DNA of 43,264 bases from a virus. Taxonomy: Duplodnaviria > Caudoviricetes. The notes beneath the pieces were generated by a model. The model was not told where the DNA came from, did not search any database, and saw only the letters and a program-made list of their open reading frames with translations. The DNA is taken from IMG/VR virus record IMGVR_UViG_3300020718_000020, positions 1 to 43,264 of that record; one strand, 5' to 3'. The position numbers and the translations under genes were made by a program. The stretch's first letter is position 1; every line of letters starts with the position of its first letter. This document shows positions 18,652 through 27,475 of this stretch, piece after piece.

Positions 18652-19871
18652 TAGAATAAATTGTTTAATTTTTTAGTCAATGGAGTTGAATTTGTTTCAT
18701 CCTCCAGACCTGCAAATGGATCAAATGCTGTAGGAACATCAGCCTTAACTGTTAACCAATGACTTCCTTCTAATATCTTTTCCATTTGAGTTAACTTAGT
18801 TAATTCAGGTTCGATGCTTGCACTTTTATCAACTTCAATTTGCATTGCTTTTTGAATTGATTCTGGAATCGTATTGTAATGCAATAACATAATATCTAGG
18901 TTCTCATTAAATCGTGCTTTGATTTGAGGCTTAGTTGAATGTCCTATTGTTCGATCGACAATATCTACAATTTTATTGATCTGTGATTCATTAAACATGT
19001 GATCTATTGAGAAAGTTTCTTCTTCTTTTAAATATTGATCGATGATTTTTTCTGCCTGTTTTGGAGAAATATTATATGTTCGATCATTCTTTTTCCAAGT
19101 AACAACAGACTTAATGTTGTCTGACTTATCTCCAATCAATACCTTTTCAAAGATAAAATGATCACAATTTATCTCTTCAATTTCAATTGCATTCTTTTTG
19201 ATCCAATCCTGCATTTCAGAACGAACCCTTTCTAATAGAGCAGTTTTACTCGCAAGATTAAATAAAAGATCGTCATCTGTTGAATTATCATCGATGGGTC
19301 CTCCCATCATTTTATTAAATCCTTCGAATGTAATCAATTTCTTTTTGGTATTGTAATACCATAATGTATAGCCATCTGTTGCTTTGGAATAGTCAACCAA
19401 TTGAATTAAATCTCTATCACCAGTCCAAATAATACAGTTTTCTCCAGCTACATTTAACGATGTCGACCATGCAAATAATAAATCATCTGCTTCAGCACCA
19501 TTAACTTGATTAACAATAACTCCTTTCTTTGCTAGGACATTCTTAAATTCATCATAGATCTCATAAACACCAGTCCAATCAACAGAATCATCTTGAGTTC
19601 TGGTTCCTTTGTATTTTGCATCTGGAAAAAGATCCTTTCTCCAAGACTTAGAATCGATGGTCAATACAATTTTATCTAAAAATGGTTGCATCTTTCTAAT
19701 CTCTGAGGCAAAATCGATACACAGCTTTCGTAAAAACTGAGCTCTACTCTTTTCATCACCTAATAATTTACCAGACTTGGGTCTTGGCATTACAAAAAGC
19801 CTGCTATAGATGAAATAATTTCCATCGATTAGCAATGTATGTTTACCTAATTTCATATCTTGATCTTCCAT
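18651..19871 (-). CDS. rnh: T4-type RNase H / 5'-3' exonuclease (FEN family)
   Basis: LLIDGN, SWRK..F...YKGTR, EADD, TGDRDLIQL, GDKSDNI. Confidence 0.92.
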   Translation of the reverse strand: MEDQDMKLGKHTLLIDGNYFIYSRLFVMPRPKSGKLLGDEKSRAQFLRKLCIDFASEIRKMQPFLDKIVLTIDSKSWRKDLFPDAKYKGTRTQDDSVDWTGVYEIYDEFKNVLAKKGVIVNQVNGAEADDLLFAWSTSLNVAGENCIIWTGDRDLIQLVDYSKATDGYTLWYYNTKKKLITFEGFNKMMGGPIDDNSTDDDLLFNLASKTALLERVRSEMQDWIKKNAIEIEEINCDHFIFEKVLIGDKSDNIKSVVTWKKNDRTYNISPKQAEKIIDQYLKEEETFSIDHMFNESQINKIVDIVDRTIGHSTKPQIKARFNENLDIMLLHYNTIPESIQKAMQIEVDKSASIEPELTKLTQMEKILEGSHWLTVKADVPTAFDPFAGLEDETNSTPLTKKLNNLF

Positions 19872-19926
19872 TTATTTATATATAAATATAATCATTTTAC
19901 CTGACACGGTAAAATTTATTTAATGT

Positions 19927-20880
19927 TTATGATCTTATTATTGTCTGTAGGGTATAAACGCAACTTAGCATTGTTATCACTGGATCAATAACATTTACTC
20001 GTTGAGCTTGATGCTCCGCAACTGCAATAATAATCTGAGGAACGCATTTCACATGGTTTGGTCTTTCAGTTTGAATGTACTCTACAAAATCTGAACCCAA
20101 TGATTGTAAAACCTCGTCTATTCGATTTGAATATTCACTTACCAATAGTTTATAGTTCTTTACTGGATCGGTTTCATTGAATATCAAGTCAAACACATCT
20201 TTATAAACTGAATTGAACCTCTTTACATCATCGATTGAGATGCTTAACGTTCCTTGTGATTTATAACCCTGTAACTTATTTAAGGTTGTACGAAGATCTG
20301 GAAAATTACGACGTACAAACTCAACCAACGCGGGTTTTTCAATTGTCATCTCTTCTTTGGCACAGATCTCATGGATACGTTTGATGTACTTCTTTGTCAA
20401 TTCCAATTCTTCTGACTTGTCAAAATCAAAATTGATCACTTCAAATCTCGACAGGATCGGATCTGGCAATTTATTGATGTAATTACAAGTTGCAATGAAT
20501 CTGGAATTACCAGCGAATTGTTCCATTGTTGCCCTTAACGCTTTAAAGAATTGATCAGAGACACCATCGACCTCATCCAATATAACTACTTTGAATTTGT
20601 TTCGATCATCCAGAATTGACATGGTTGAACAGAAATCAGTAATTCTGGTCCTAATCACTTCTACTGAAGTATCGGTTGAAGCATTGATGTAAAGGTATGG
20701 AAGTTCAAATTGATTAATGATTGCCTTTGCTGTAGATGTCTTACCAGTTCCTGGAGATCCAGCAAATAATACATTCTGGGTCAAACCATCTTTAAACTTA
20801 CTCATTACTCTTTCTGGCAAGATTAAATCACTTAAATTTTTTGGGCGATACTTTTCTGTAAATAGTGCGTTGGCGATCAT
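19927..20880 (-). CDS. gp44: Clamp loader large subunit (gp44 / RFC-like AAA+)
   Basis: EKYRP, GSPGTGKT, ILDEVD, LSRF, FPDLR. Confidence 0.95.
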   Translation of the reverse strand: MIANALFTEKYRPKNLSDLILPERVMSKFKDGLTQNVLFAGSPGTGKTSTAKAIINQFELPYLYINASTDTSVEVIRTRITDFCSTMSILDDRNKFKVVILDEVDGVSDQFFKALRATMEQFAGNSRFIATCNYINKLPDPILSRFEVINFDFDKSEELELTKKYIKRIHEICAKEEMTIEKPALVEFVRRNFPDLRTTLNKLQGYKSQGTLSISIDDVKRFNSVYKDVFDLIFNETDPVKNYKLLVSEYSNRIDEVLQSLGSDFVEYIQTERPNHVKCVPQIIIAVAEHQAQRVNVIDPVITMLSCVYTLQTIIRS

Positions 20881-20898
20881 ATTTTATTTGTTATTTAA

Positions 20899-20927
20899 CT
20901 TATAAGCGGCATGCCTAAAATGTTTCA
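20899..20927 (-). promoter_or_regulatory. Promoter TGAAACA-N16-TATAAG upstream of the clamp loader
   Basis: Same motif and spacing as the sites upstream of the clamp, gp55 and tRNA genes. Confidence 0.6.
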
Positions 20928-20941
20928 AATACATATATGAT

Positions 20942-21457
20942 ATGGCGATTAAAAAGAAATACCCAGAGATTAAGCGTACCGCTGGAATGTGGCCGTCGAA
21001 CAGATTTGGGATTCAATATTCAACCCTATCTCGCGCCCAGCGTAGGTTACTGATGGACTATCCCTTATTAAGGGATCGTTGTAAATCCGATCAATTTATA
21101 CATATTCTATTCGAACAGCATAGTTACACGTTCACTGCTGTTAATTATACCAATAAGCTTTATTATGATTGGTCTACCGGAGAGATCGTAGAGCGTGGAG
21201 ATTTGGAAGAGAACTATCAAACAATTGACTGGGTCTGTGCAATTTCAGGAGAACCGATTCGTGCAAAGATGGGAGATTTCTCTTTAGAAAACTTTGTGCA
21301 TCCAAGCTACCATGATGTCTTAAAGGCTCCAATGGTCGATAGCCGTATTCTTAAGTCTTCAGTTGAATTTCGCAAGAAATGTAAAGAACTCTTACTGAAT
21401 CAACAGCAAGAGTTCCTTAAGTTAGCTAAAAAGAATTCTAAGAATTCTAAAAAATAA
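20942..21457 (+). CDS. Hypothetical protein (only plus-strand gene)
   Basis: 171-aa ORF filling the gap between divergent and convergent minus-strand genes. Preceded by AATACATA. Confidence 0.75.
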   Translation: MAIKKKYPEIKRTAGMWPSNRFGIQYSTLSRAQRRLLMDYPLLRDRCKSDQFIHILFEQHSYTFTAVNYTNKLYYDWSTGEIVERGDLEENYQTIDWVCAISGEPIRAKMGDFSLENFVHPSYHDVLKAPMVDSRILKSSVEFRKKCKELLLNQQQEFLKLAKKNSKNSKK

Positions 21458-21458
21458 T

Positions 21459-22985
21459 TTATCCCAATAACATTTTTAATTTATCTGAGATAGAAATGTT
21501 TGAGTACTTAGATTCATTTATTGCATATTCCATCTCTAACTTAGAAATTTCCATTTCAAATAATCTACCTAATTCGGTTCCTTCTAACTGCCATGATTCT
21601 TTTGCAGAAATCTTGTCCTTAAGATCTTTTAGTTTTTGTAACTTTGGATTTCCAGATGCCTTTAATTTTTGCAATTGATTCTTTTTGTTAGGAATCGATT
21701 TTGATAATATATCAATAGAATCCGCATTTTTCTTTGGATCCTTTTTAAGATCTTCTAAATTCTTTTCCAGATTGTCGATTTCAGTTTGTAATTTCTTAAC
21801 CTCTGGATTATCCTTTGATGCCTCTTCCTCCTTTTTAATCATGTCTTCGACTCTCTTTAACTTATCGTCCTTTGCGTTCTTTACCGGTTCTTTTTCTTTC
21901 TCTGCCTTATCAGTAGCTTCTTTTTCTTTCTTCTTTTTTGCAGCCTCTTCGCGTTCTTTAGAATACTTTTTAGCATCATCCTTCTTTTTGTCAACAGGCT
22001 TCTTAGGTTGTGGTTGTTGCTCTTTGGCATCTTGTTTAAGCTGATTTATCGCAGCTTCCTCTTCTGCATATCTTTGTTTTAACTTCTGCATCGAAGTCTT
22101 CAGATCTGCAACTTTTTCTGGACTTAAATCTTCATTACCTGTCGTTCTTTTGATCAATTCCATTTGACCTAAAATCTTTTCTCTACTTAATACCTTTTGA
22201 ATGTATTCGCCTCTTTCCTTAGCCTTATCATCAACTGAACTTTGTAGATCTTTAATTTGTCCGTCTAACACTTTTTTCTTTGCGTCCAATGCTGCTTTTT
22301 TAGGATCTGCTGATGTCAAATTATCTTTTGCAAAACCAATATCCGCGGCATGCATCTTCATTGCATTAATCTTCTTCTGCATTTTTCTATATCTAGGAGC
22401 AAAAAATAACCAGTCTGCTACCTTTCCTGCGGCAGCTCTAACATCTGGACCATCTCCACCTCTTTCTAATAATACTTCTGATAATTCTTCTTCATTTAAT
22501 TTAATTTCAGATTCATTGTATTTAATTGCTCCTAGCTTTTGATCAGCTTTTGAAATTGCATCATCTACTTTATTACATGCAGATTGAATACCTTTAAGAG
22601 CTACTATCCATTTTGGATCAGATATATCCCACTTAAGCATAGAATCGATTTGATCTTGTAATTTTACTAAGTCTTCTCCAATTTCATCAAAAATTAAAGT
22701 TTCTTCTTCGTTTAATTCTTCTTCAATATCTATTGTTTCAAATAAATCTATTGAATCGACAGATTCTTTAACGGTAACAGATAGTTTTGATAATTGATTC
22801 ATGATCGTATCAACATCGCTCATCATCTCAGTTCTATTTGAAGTTTCAACACCCACTGTTGATGTTTCTGGTTCAGCGGTAGTAGCATCATTATTTTCTG
22901 TTGCCTTCGTTTTTTCTGCTGTCTTTGGTTCCATGGATTCTAAAGTTAGAGAATACCAATTTTCAAAATTCTTTTTGTATGCCAT
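21459..22985 (-). CDS. Lys/Glu-rich coiled-coil protein, probable head-associated/internal protein
   Basis: The ORF track starts at 23036, but a late-promoter box at 23010-23018 favours ATG 22985 (MAYKKNFENW). Contains several LNE/INE sites. Confidence 0.6.
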   Translation of the reverse strand: MAYKKNFENWYSLTLESMEPKTAEKTKATENNDATTAEPETSTVGVETSNRTEMMSDVDTIMNQLSKLSVTVKESVDSIDLFETIDIEEELNEEETLIFDEIGEDLVKLQDQIDSMLKWDISDPKWIVALKGIQSACNKVDDAISKADQKLGAIKYNESEIKLNEEELSEVLLERGGDGPDVRAAAGKVADWLFFAPRYRKMQKKINAMKMHAADIGFAKDNLTSADPKKAALDAKKKVLDGQIKDLQSSVDDKAKERGEYIQKVLSREKILGQMELIKRTTGNEDLSPEKVADLKTSMQKLKQRYAEEEAAINQLKQDAKEQQPQPKKPVDKKKDDAKKYSKEREEAAKKKKEKEATDKAEKEKEPVKNAKDDKLKRVEDMIKKEEEASKDNPEVKKLQTEIDNLEKNLEDLKKDPKKNADSIDILSKSIPNKKNQLQKLKASGNPKLQKLKDLKDKISAKESWQLEGTELGRLFEMEISKLEMEYAINESKYSNISISDKLKMLLG

Positions 22986-23030
22986 AGTATTTATTGTATT
23001 GTTATACACTATATATTCCACTTTCTGTTT

Positions 23031-23065
23031 AAACAAAGAAAGGACTTCCTTTCGGAAGTCCTTTC
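23031..23065 (-). terminator. Terminator after the major capsid gene
   Basis: Perfect 12-bp stem GAAAGGACTTCC/GGAAGTCCTTTC with a GAAA loop and T-rich tail on the minus strand. Confidence 0.85.
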
Positions 23066-23106
23066 AGATTTATGGAATATTTAAATCAATTTATTCTTAA
23101 TAAGAA

Positions 23107-24627
23107 TTAAGATAAAGAGATCAAGTTTGTCCATGCTGTGTTCGAAGTTGGAACGTTACCTACTTTGAATTTCACATATTGAGTTTCTGGGTGGAAACCA
23201 GCTTCAACTAATGCAAATCTAGATTTAACAGCAACTTTTGGTGCCATTGTACCTTCTGCGATAGTTTGTACTGATTCAGCCATTAAGTAAGGCATGAAAA
23301 CTAATCCAGGACCATTACCATCACCTTTTCTACCAACGATAACATCGAAGTTAGACCATTTCCATTTTGGATTGGTATAAACTTGTACACCTGCGATAGA
23401 ACCTACTGGGTAGATTGCACCTGCAGCTTGAGATACTGTGTTAGCGAATGGGTTTGGAACGTAACCTGCAACTGATTGTAACGCTGTAGCAACTTGTGGT
23501 CCGCAAACCGCGAAGTTACCTGCACCTCTACGACCTCTGTTAGCAATTAAGTTAGCAGCAGCCAAGATACCAGTTAAGATTTTTCTATGTTCTGAACCTT
23601 CAGTTTTACCACCTGTGAATTTGCTAACATCGTACAATTGTACGTCCATTGCAGAAGCTGATGGGATTTCACCCGCAGCATATGAATTAGATACGTTAGT
23701 AGTACCCAAAGTGATTAAATTAGAGATGATCAAATCATTGATAGATTGAGTCAATTCGTTTACTAATACTGCTTCAACTTGTGCAACAGCATCAACTCCG
23801 AATTGTTTTAAATCTTGAACTTGTTCTCTTGTAACAGCAGCTGCAACTTGGAAAGTTTCAGCAGAAACTGCTTTAGAGAATAAAGAAAGACCCATTAATC
23901 TATCTGGAGTTCTTTCACCAGAATTTCTATCGTATGCATTAACTGCAGGATAAGAAGGGTTAGAAGGTAAAGTTGTATCGTTCGCGTTGTTACCAGAGAA
24001 ATCAGGAATATGATCTTCTAATGCTTTAACGAATTCAACAGTTGCTGCTGCAGAACCTGCAGAAACAGCTTGTACAGCTACTAAAATGCTAGAAGCAGTT
24101 AAAGTACCAGATACACGGTAGATAGTTTGACCATCAATTCTTGATACACCAACAGCGTAGAATAATACACCATCAGTTGCAGTACCATTTTGGTCAGTAG
24201 TTAAACCAGCATAGTTAGATTTGATGTAACTTGGAGCAACACCATTATCTAATCTACCACCTTCATAGATAAAATCTAAGTAAGATAATAGACCCATAGG
24301 ACCTGCCATTGGAATAACTGGTACTAAATCTAATGCGATTGTTTGTGCAGCAACTTGCATTGCTAAAGGTAACAAAGTTGGAGCTTTATCACCAGAACCT
24401 ACTGAAGCAGGGTTAGAACCGAAACCTGAAGGGAACGATGTTGCGCCCATACCAGTTAAGTTCATTGTTGGATCTAATCTCATGATGTTCGCATCTTCAT
24501 ACAACTTGTGGTTGTGGCAATACTGAGACATCCAAGCTAATTTACTAGCATCGTTGATACCAGTTGCTGATTCGATAATCGGAGACCATGTCTCTCTGAT
24601 TTCAGCTTCGTTAATTAATTGTGCCAT
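23107..24627 (-). CDS. gp23: Major capsid protein (gp23-like)
   Basis: ETWSPIIE, DLVPVIPMAGP, EQVQDLK..GVDA, RRGAGNFAV, FMPY, KSRF. Confidence 0.95.
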   Translation of the reverse strand: MAQLINEAEIRETWSPIIESATGINDASKLAWMSQYCHNHKLYEDANIMRLDPTMNLTGMGATSFPSGFGSNPASVGSGDKAPTLLPLAMQVAAQTIALDLVPVIPMAGPMGLLSYLDFIYEGGRLDNGVAPSYIKSNYAGLTTDQNGTATDGVLFYAVGVSRIDGQTIYRVSGTLTASSILVAVQAVSAGSAAATVEFVKALEDHIPDFSGNNANDTTLPSNPSYPAVNAYDRNSGERTPDRLMGLSLFSKAVSAETFQVAAAVTREQVQDLKQFGVDAVAQVEAVLVNELTQSINDLIISNLITLGTTNVSNSYAAGEIPSASAMDVQLYDVSKFTGGKTEGSEHRKILTGILAAANLIANRGRRGAGNFAVCGPQVATALQSVAGYVPNPFANTVSQAAGAIYPVGSIAGVQVYTNPKWKWSNFDVIVGRKGDGNGPGLVFMPYLMAESVQTIAEGTMAPKVAVKSRFALVEAGFHPETQYVKFKVGNVPTSNTAWTNLISLS

Positions 24628-24748
24628 TTTGTTTTTAAAATGTTTTTTTATGTTTATGTTATCGTGCGATAACTGCTCGACATAATTCAGATTTTTGCTT
24701 CTTATCTGAGAGTCGAAGTATTTTATTATTCTTATAGTACTATATATC
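24628..24748 (-). promoter_or_regulatory. Late promoter (GATATATA) and structured 5' leader of the capsid gene
   Basis: Box at 24741-24748. Stem-loop UCGAC..UCAGAU-AAGAAGCAAAA-AUCUGA..GUCGA and hairpin GUUAUC-GCAC-GAUAAC. Confidence 0.65.
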
Positions 24749-24795
24749 TAGTTGAAAAAATGAATTTTTTAATTTTTTCAGTTTGATTGAGATAA

Positions 24796-24828
24796 AAATA
24801 GGTTCGACCGTAAGGAAGAACCCATTTT
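24796..24828 (-). terminator. Probable terminator
   Basis: GGGTTC...GAACCT hairpin followed by ATTTTT on the minus strand. Confidence 0.5.
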
Positions 24829-24843
24829 AAATGTATTAGTAAA

Positions 24844-25221
24844 TTATTTTGTAATGATCCAAGGACCTCTAGATGTATTTAAGAATTTGTTACCATCTAT
24901 TTCGATATGTGCCCATACTAATTTACCATCAACTTGTTTAGCAATTTCTTGTCCGAATTCATATTTCTCAAAAAAGAATGGTTTATCATTCTCATCTGCT
25001 AAAACATCAGATTCAACTTTACCATTAGCAACAATTGCTTTGATCCAATTTGGATCATCGATCGCCTTTTCTTGCTGTTTTGAAAGCTTTTTTCCTTTAA
25101 TTACATTAGGATTGATTCCATTGTAATTGTATTCTTCTTTGATTATTTTGAGAGATGAAACTGCGCTCTCATTGATCGCTAATTCGTTAATGAATTGTTC
25201 AAATAATTTAATATGTCTCAT
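24844..25221 (-). CDS. Hypothetical protein with N-terminal HIKLFEQFINE motif (probable head-packaged protein)
   Basis: 125 aa between the protease and capsid genes. The motif is shared with the ORF starting at 27453. Confidence 0.7.
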   Translation of the reverse strand: MRHIKLFEQFINELAINESAVSSLKIIKEEYNYNGINPNVIKGKKLSKQQEKAIDDPNWIKAIVANGKVESDVLADENDKPFFFEKYEFGQEIAKQVDGKLVWAHIEIDGNKFLNTSRGPWIITK

Positions 25222-25236
25222 GGCTTATACGTATTA

Positions 25237-27009
25237 TTATTTCTTGAATTTCTTAGTCAAAGACTCAGCAACACCTGTCATATCATAAGGCATAGTTTTC
25301 TTTTCGATAACTTCTGCTTTCTCATTGATTATCTCTACTTTTTCCATTACGGTTGTAGTTTCTCTAAGATCTCTTGTTTGCCAAAAGTTTCTTACTTGAT
25401 ATTCAGTTTCTAATCTAAAGTATTTAGATTGTGCTAACAATTGATTCTTCTTAGACTCAGATAATTTATTCCAAGTTTCTTTGTATTCTTTAGGCATTGC
25501 GCTTACAACGTAAGGTTCATTACCTGAAACGTTTTGAGCTCCTGCTAAAGTGTTACTCCATAGAGCATAGATTTGAGATTCAGTTAAGAAACCTTTATTT
25601 GATACGGATTTAACTACTAAAGTTTTTTCTTCAGTTGAAAGTGTATTGAATTCTTCCTTCTTTGCTTCAGAGATGAATTTAAAGAAATGAGGTTCAGCTA
25701 CTTGTTTTGCTGCTGCTTTTTCTAACAATGCAGATAATTTAGAAGAGATTTCTGATTTGTATGCATCCATTCTATCGATAGATTCTACAACTTCTTTTCC
25801 AGCTTCATCTTCACCATCTAATTCTTTTTCTAATTCTTTAGAATCATCGTGTGCAGATTGATCAACGATTTTACCGTCGAATTCGATTTTACCAGAAACG
25901 TCTTTAGTTTTACCGTTTAAATCTTCAGCATCAATACCTGCATCGGTATCAGCTTCCATTAATAAATTGGTATTAACTGTTTCAGCTACATATTCAGCGT
26001 ACTCAGTAACTTTCTCAATGTTTTCTTTAAGATAGTCCATGTACTTCTTAACATTTTCGTGAGTGATTGCTCCGTCATTGTAAGATTCTGCAAGATAGTT
26101 TGTGTAGTTTTTGATTTGTTCAGTACCTTCAGCGATATGCTCTGCGTATTGTATTGATTGATCTAATTTTTCAGCTAATGTATCTGCAAATTGAATGCTT
26201 TGATCTGCTTTTTCTGCAACATGTTCAGAGTAAGCAATAGCTTGATTCATTTTTTCAGCTAAATAAGAAGAGTATTCCTCTAATTTTTCAACTTTAGTGT
26301 TTAATGATTCTGAATCGTTCATCTTAGTGATTGATTCTTTTAAAGCTTTAATTTCTTCAGCTAAGTACTTTGAGTAGTTATTGAAGTCCTCATTGCTTAC
26401 AAATCTTGGATTTTCCATTTTTTCTGCTTCTTTTATTTGTGTGTTTGTGTTTGTAGTATTATCTATCTCATAAATTAAGAGATCCTCGGTATCACCAAAG
26501 CCATAAGCCTCATTAACTCTCTTTAATTCTGCATTTGAAAATCCAGGATCTGCTACTAAATCATAGGTAAAAAGTTGTTTGATTTTAACTTTACCATCAG
26601 ATTCAACGGTACCAGCTGCTCTAGAAGAAATATGTAAAGGAACTCCAGCATCAACCAACGCTTTAGCTTGCTTACCTGCATCAGTATCTAATAACCTGAT
26701 CTTTCCTAAGATTTGTTTGTTTGCTTTATCGTATCTTAGTTCTTCGATAATGTGTGATACGTTCTTTAAAGAAATATCGAAGTTTTGAGGGTGATCTAAT
26801 TCACCTAAAAGTTTAGATGAGTTAATTTTAGACTGCAGAGACTCAATTTGAGGTAGGTATTCTGCTTCGGTGTAGATTCTATTGTTACGGTTTAACTTAT
26901 CGATTTCTCCGAAAACACCTTCAAGCACATAGGCGCCAGAACTGTCTTGGGTGAATTCCAACGTTGAACCACTTCTTTCAAGAATCAAGAGCTTTTTAGC
27001 TGTATTCAT
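25237..27009 (-). CDS. gp21: Prohead protease (gp21-like) fused to a scaffold/core-like domain
   Basis: LEGVF...NRNNRIY, LGELDHP, VSHII, ISSRAAG, YDLVADPGF. A long acidic coiled coil with Y..YLAE repeats follows. Confidence 0.9.
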   Translation of the reverse strand: MNTAKKLLILERSGSTLEFTQDSSGAYVLEGVFGEIDKLNRNNRIYTEAEYLPQIESLQSKINSSKLLGELDHPQNFDISLKNVSHIIEELRYDKANKQILGKIRLLDTDAGKQAKALVDAGVPLHISSRAAGTVESDGKVKIKQLFTYDLVADPGFSNAELKRVNEAYGFGDTEDLLIYEIDNTTNTNTQIKEAEKMENPRFVSNEDFNNYSKYLAEEIKALKESITKMNDSESLNTKVEKLEEYSSYLAEKMNQAIAYSEHVAEKADQSIQFADTLAEKLDQSIQYAEHIAEGTEQIKNYTNYLAESYNDGAITHENVKKYMDYLKENIEKVTEYAEYVAETVNTNLLMEADTDAGIDAEDLNGKTKDVSGKIEFDGKIVDQSAHDDSKELEKELDGEDEAGKEVVESIDRMDAYKSEISSKLSALLEKAAAKQVAEPHFFKFISEAKKEEFNTLSTEEKTLVVKSVSNKGFLTESQIYALWSNTLAGAQNVSGNEPYVVSAMPKEYKETWNKLSESKKNQLLAQSKYFRLETEYQVRNFWQTRDLRETTTVMEKVEIINEKAEVIEKKTMPYDMTGVAESLTKKFKK

Positions 27010-27066
27010 ATATTTTGATACTATATTTTGGTTATATATCCTTTGTCGATTTGACTTTTTTAAGTA

Positions 27067-27453
27067 TTACAGGCCTGCTAGTTCGTCCTTTGTATCAGAA
27101 CCTTCTTTATCGGTAGATGCTTCATCACCGGTTGCATCAGAACCAGACTCTTTTTCCTTTTGTTCTTTGTCAGTTTGCTCTTGGTTTTCTTCTTCTTTAT
27201 ATTTATTGTAATATGTAAGAAGCTTCGACATGTCTTCTGGAGCAAATGCAGTTTCACCATAGGTTTCAAAGAAATAAGACTTAAACTTGTCTTCTGTTTC
27301 AGATGCTGAAATAGCACCTAATATTTCTGCGCTTTTAATAGTTTTACCGCTACTTAAGATAACATCATCGATGAACACTTTAGAATCTGGAGCCTTGATC
27401 GGTTGATCGGCTTCATTTATAAATTGTTCGAATGTTTTTAAATACTTTTTCAT
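27067..27453 (-). CDS. Acidic small protein with YLKTFEQFINE motif (prohead core-like)
   Basis: Likely start is ATG 27453, which avoids overlap with the portal gene. Sits between portal and protease like T4 gp67/gp68. Confidence 0.65.
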   Translation of the reverse strand: MKKYLKTFEQFINEADQPIKAPDSKVFIDDVILSSGKTIKSAEILGAISASETEDKFKSYFFETYGETAFAPEDMSKLLTYYNKYKEEENQEQTDKEQKEKESGSDATGDEASTDKEGSDTKDELAGL

Positions 27454-27475
27454 TTTATATCTATCTAATTTTATA

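Noticed and set aside
19894-19915. Inverted repeat ATTTTACC-N6-GGTAAAAT upstream of rnh
   Set aside because: Single AT-rich occurrence that could be an operator or weak hairpin; nothing else supports a call.
24806-24817. Hairpin loop GACCGTAAGGA resembling the tip of 16S rRNA helix 44 in some bacteria (possible second anti-rRNA loop)
   Set aside because: Only about 11 nt, in a variable rRNA region recalled from memory. It cannot be distinguished from chance without the host 16S sequence.
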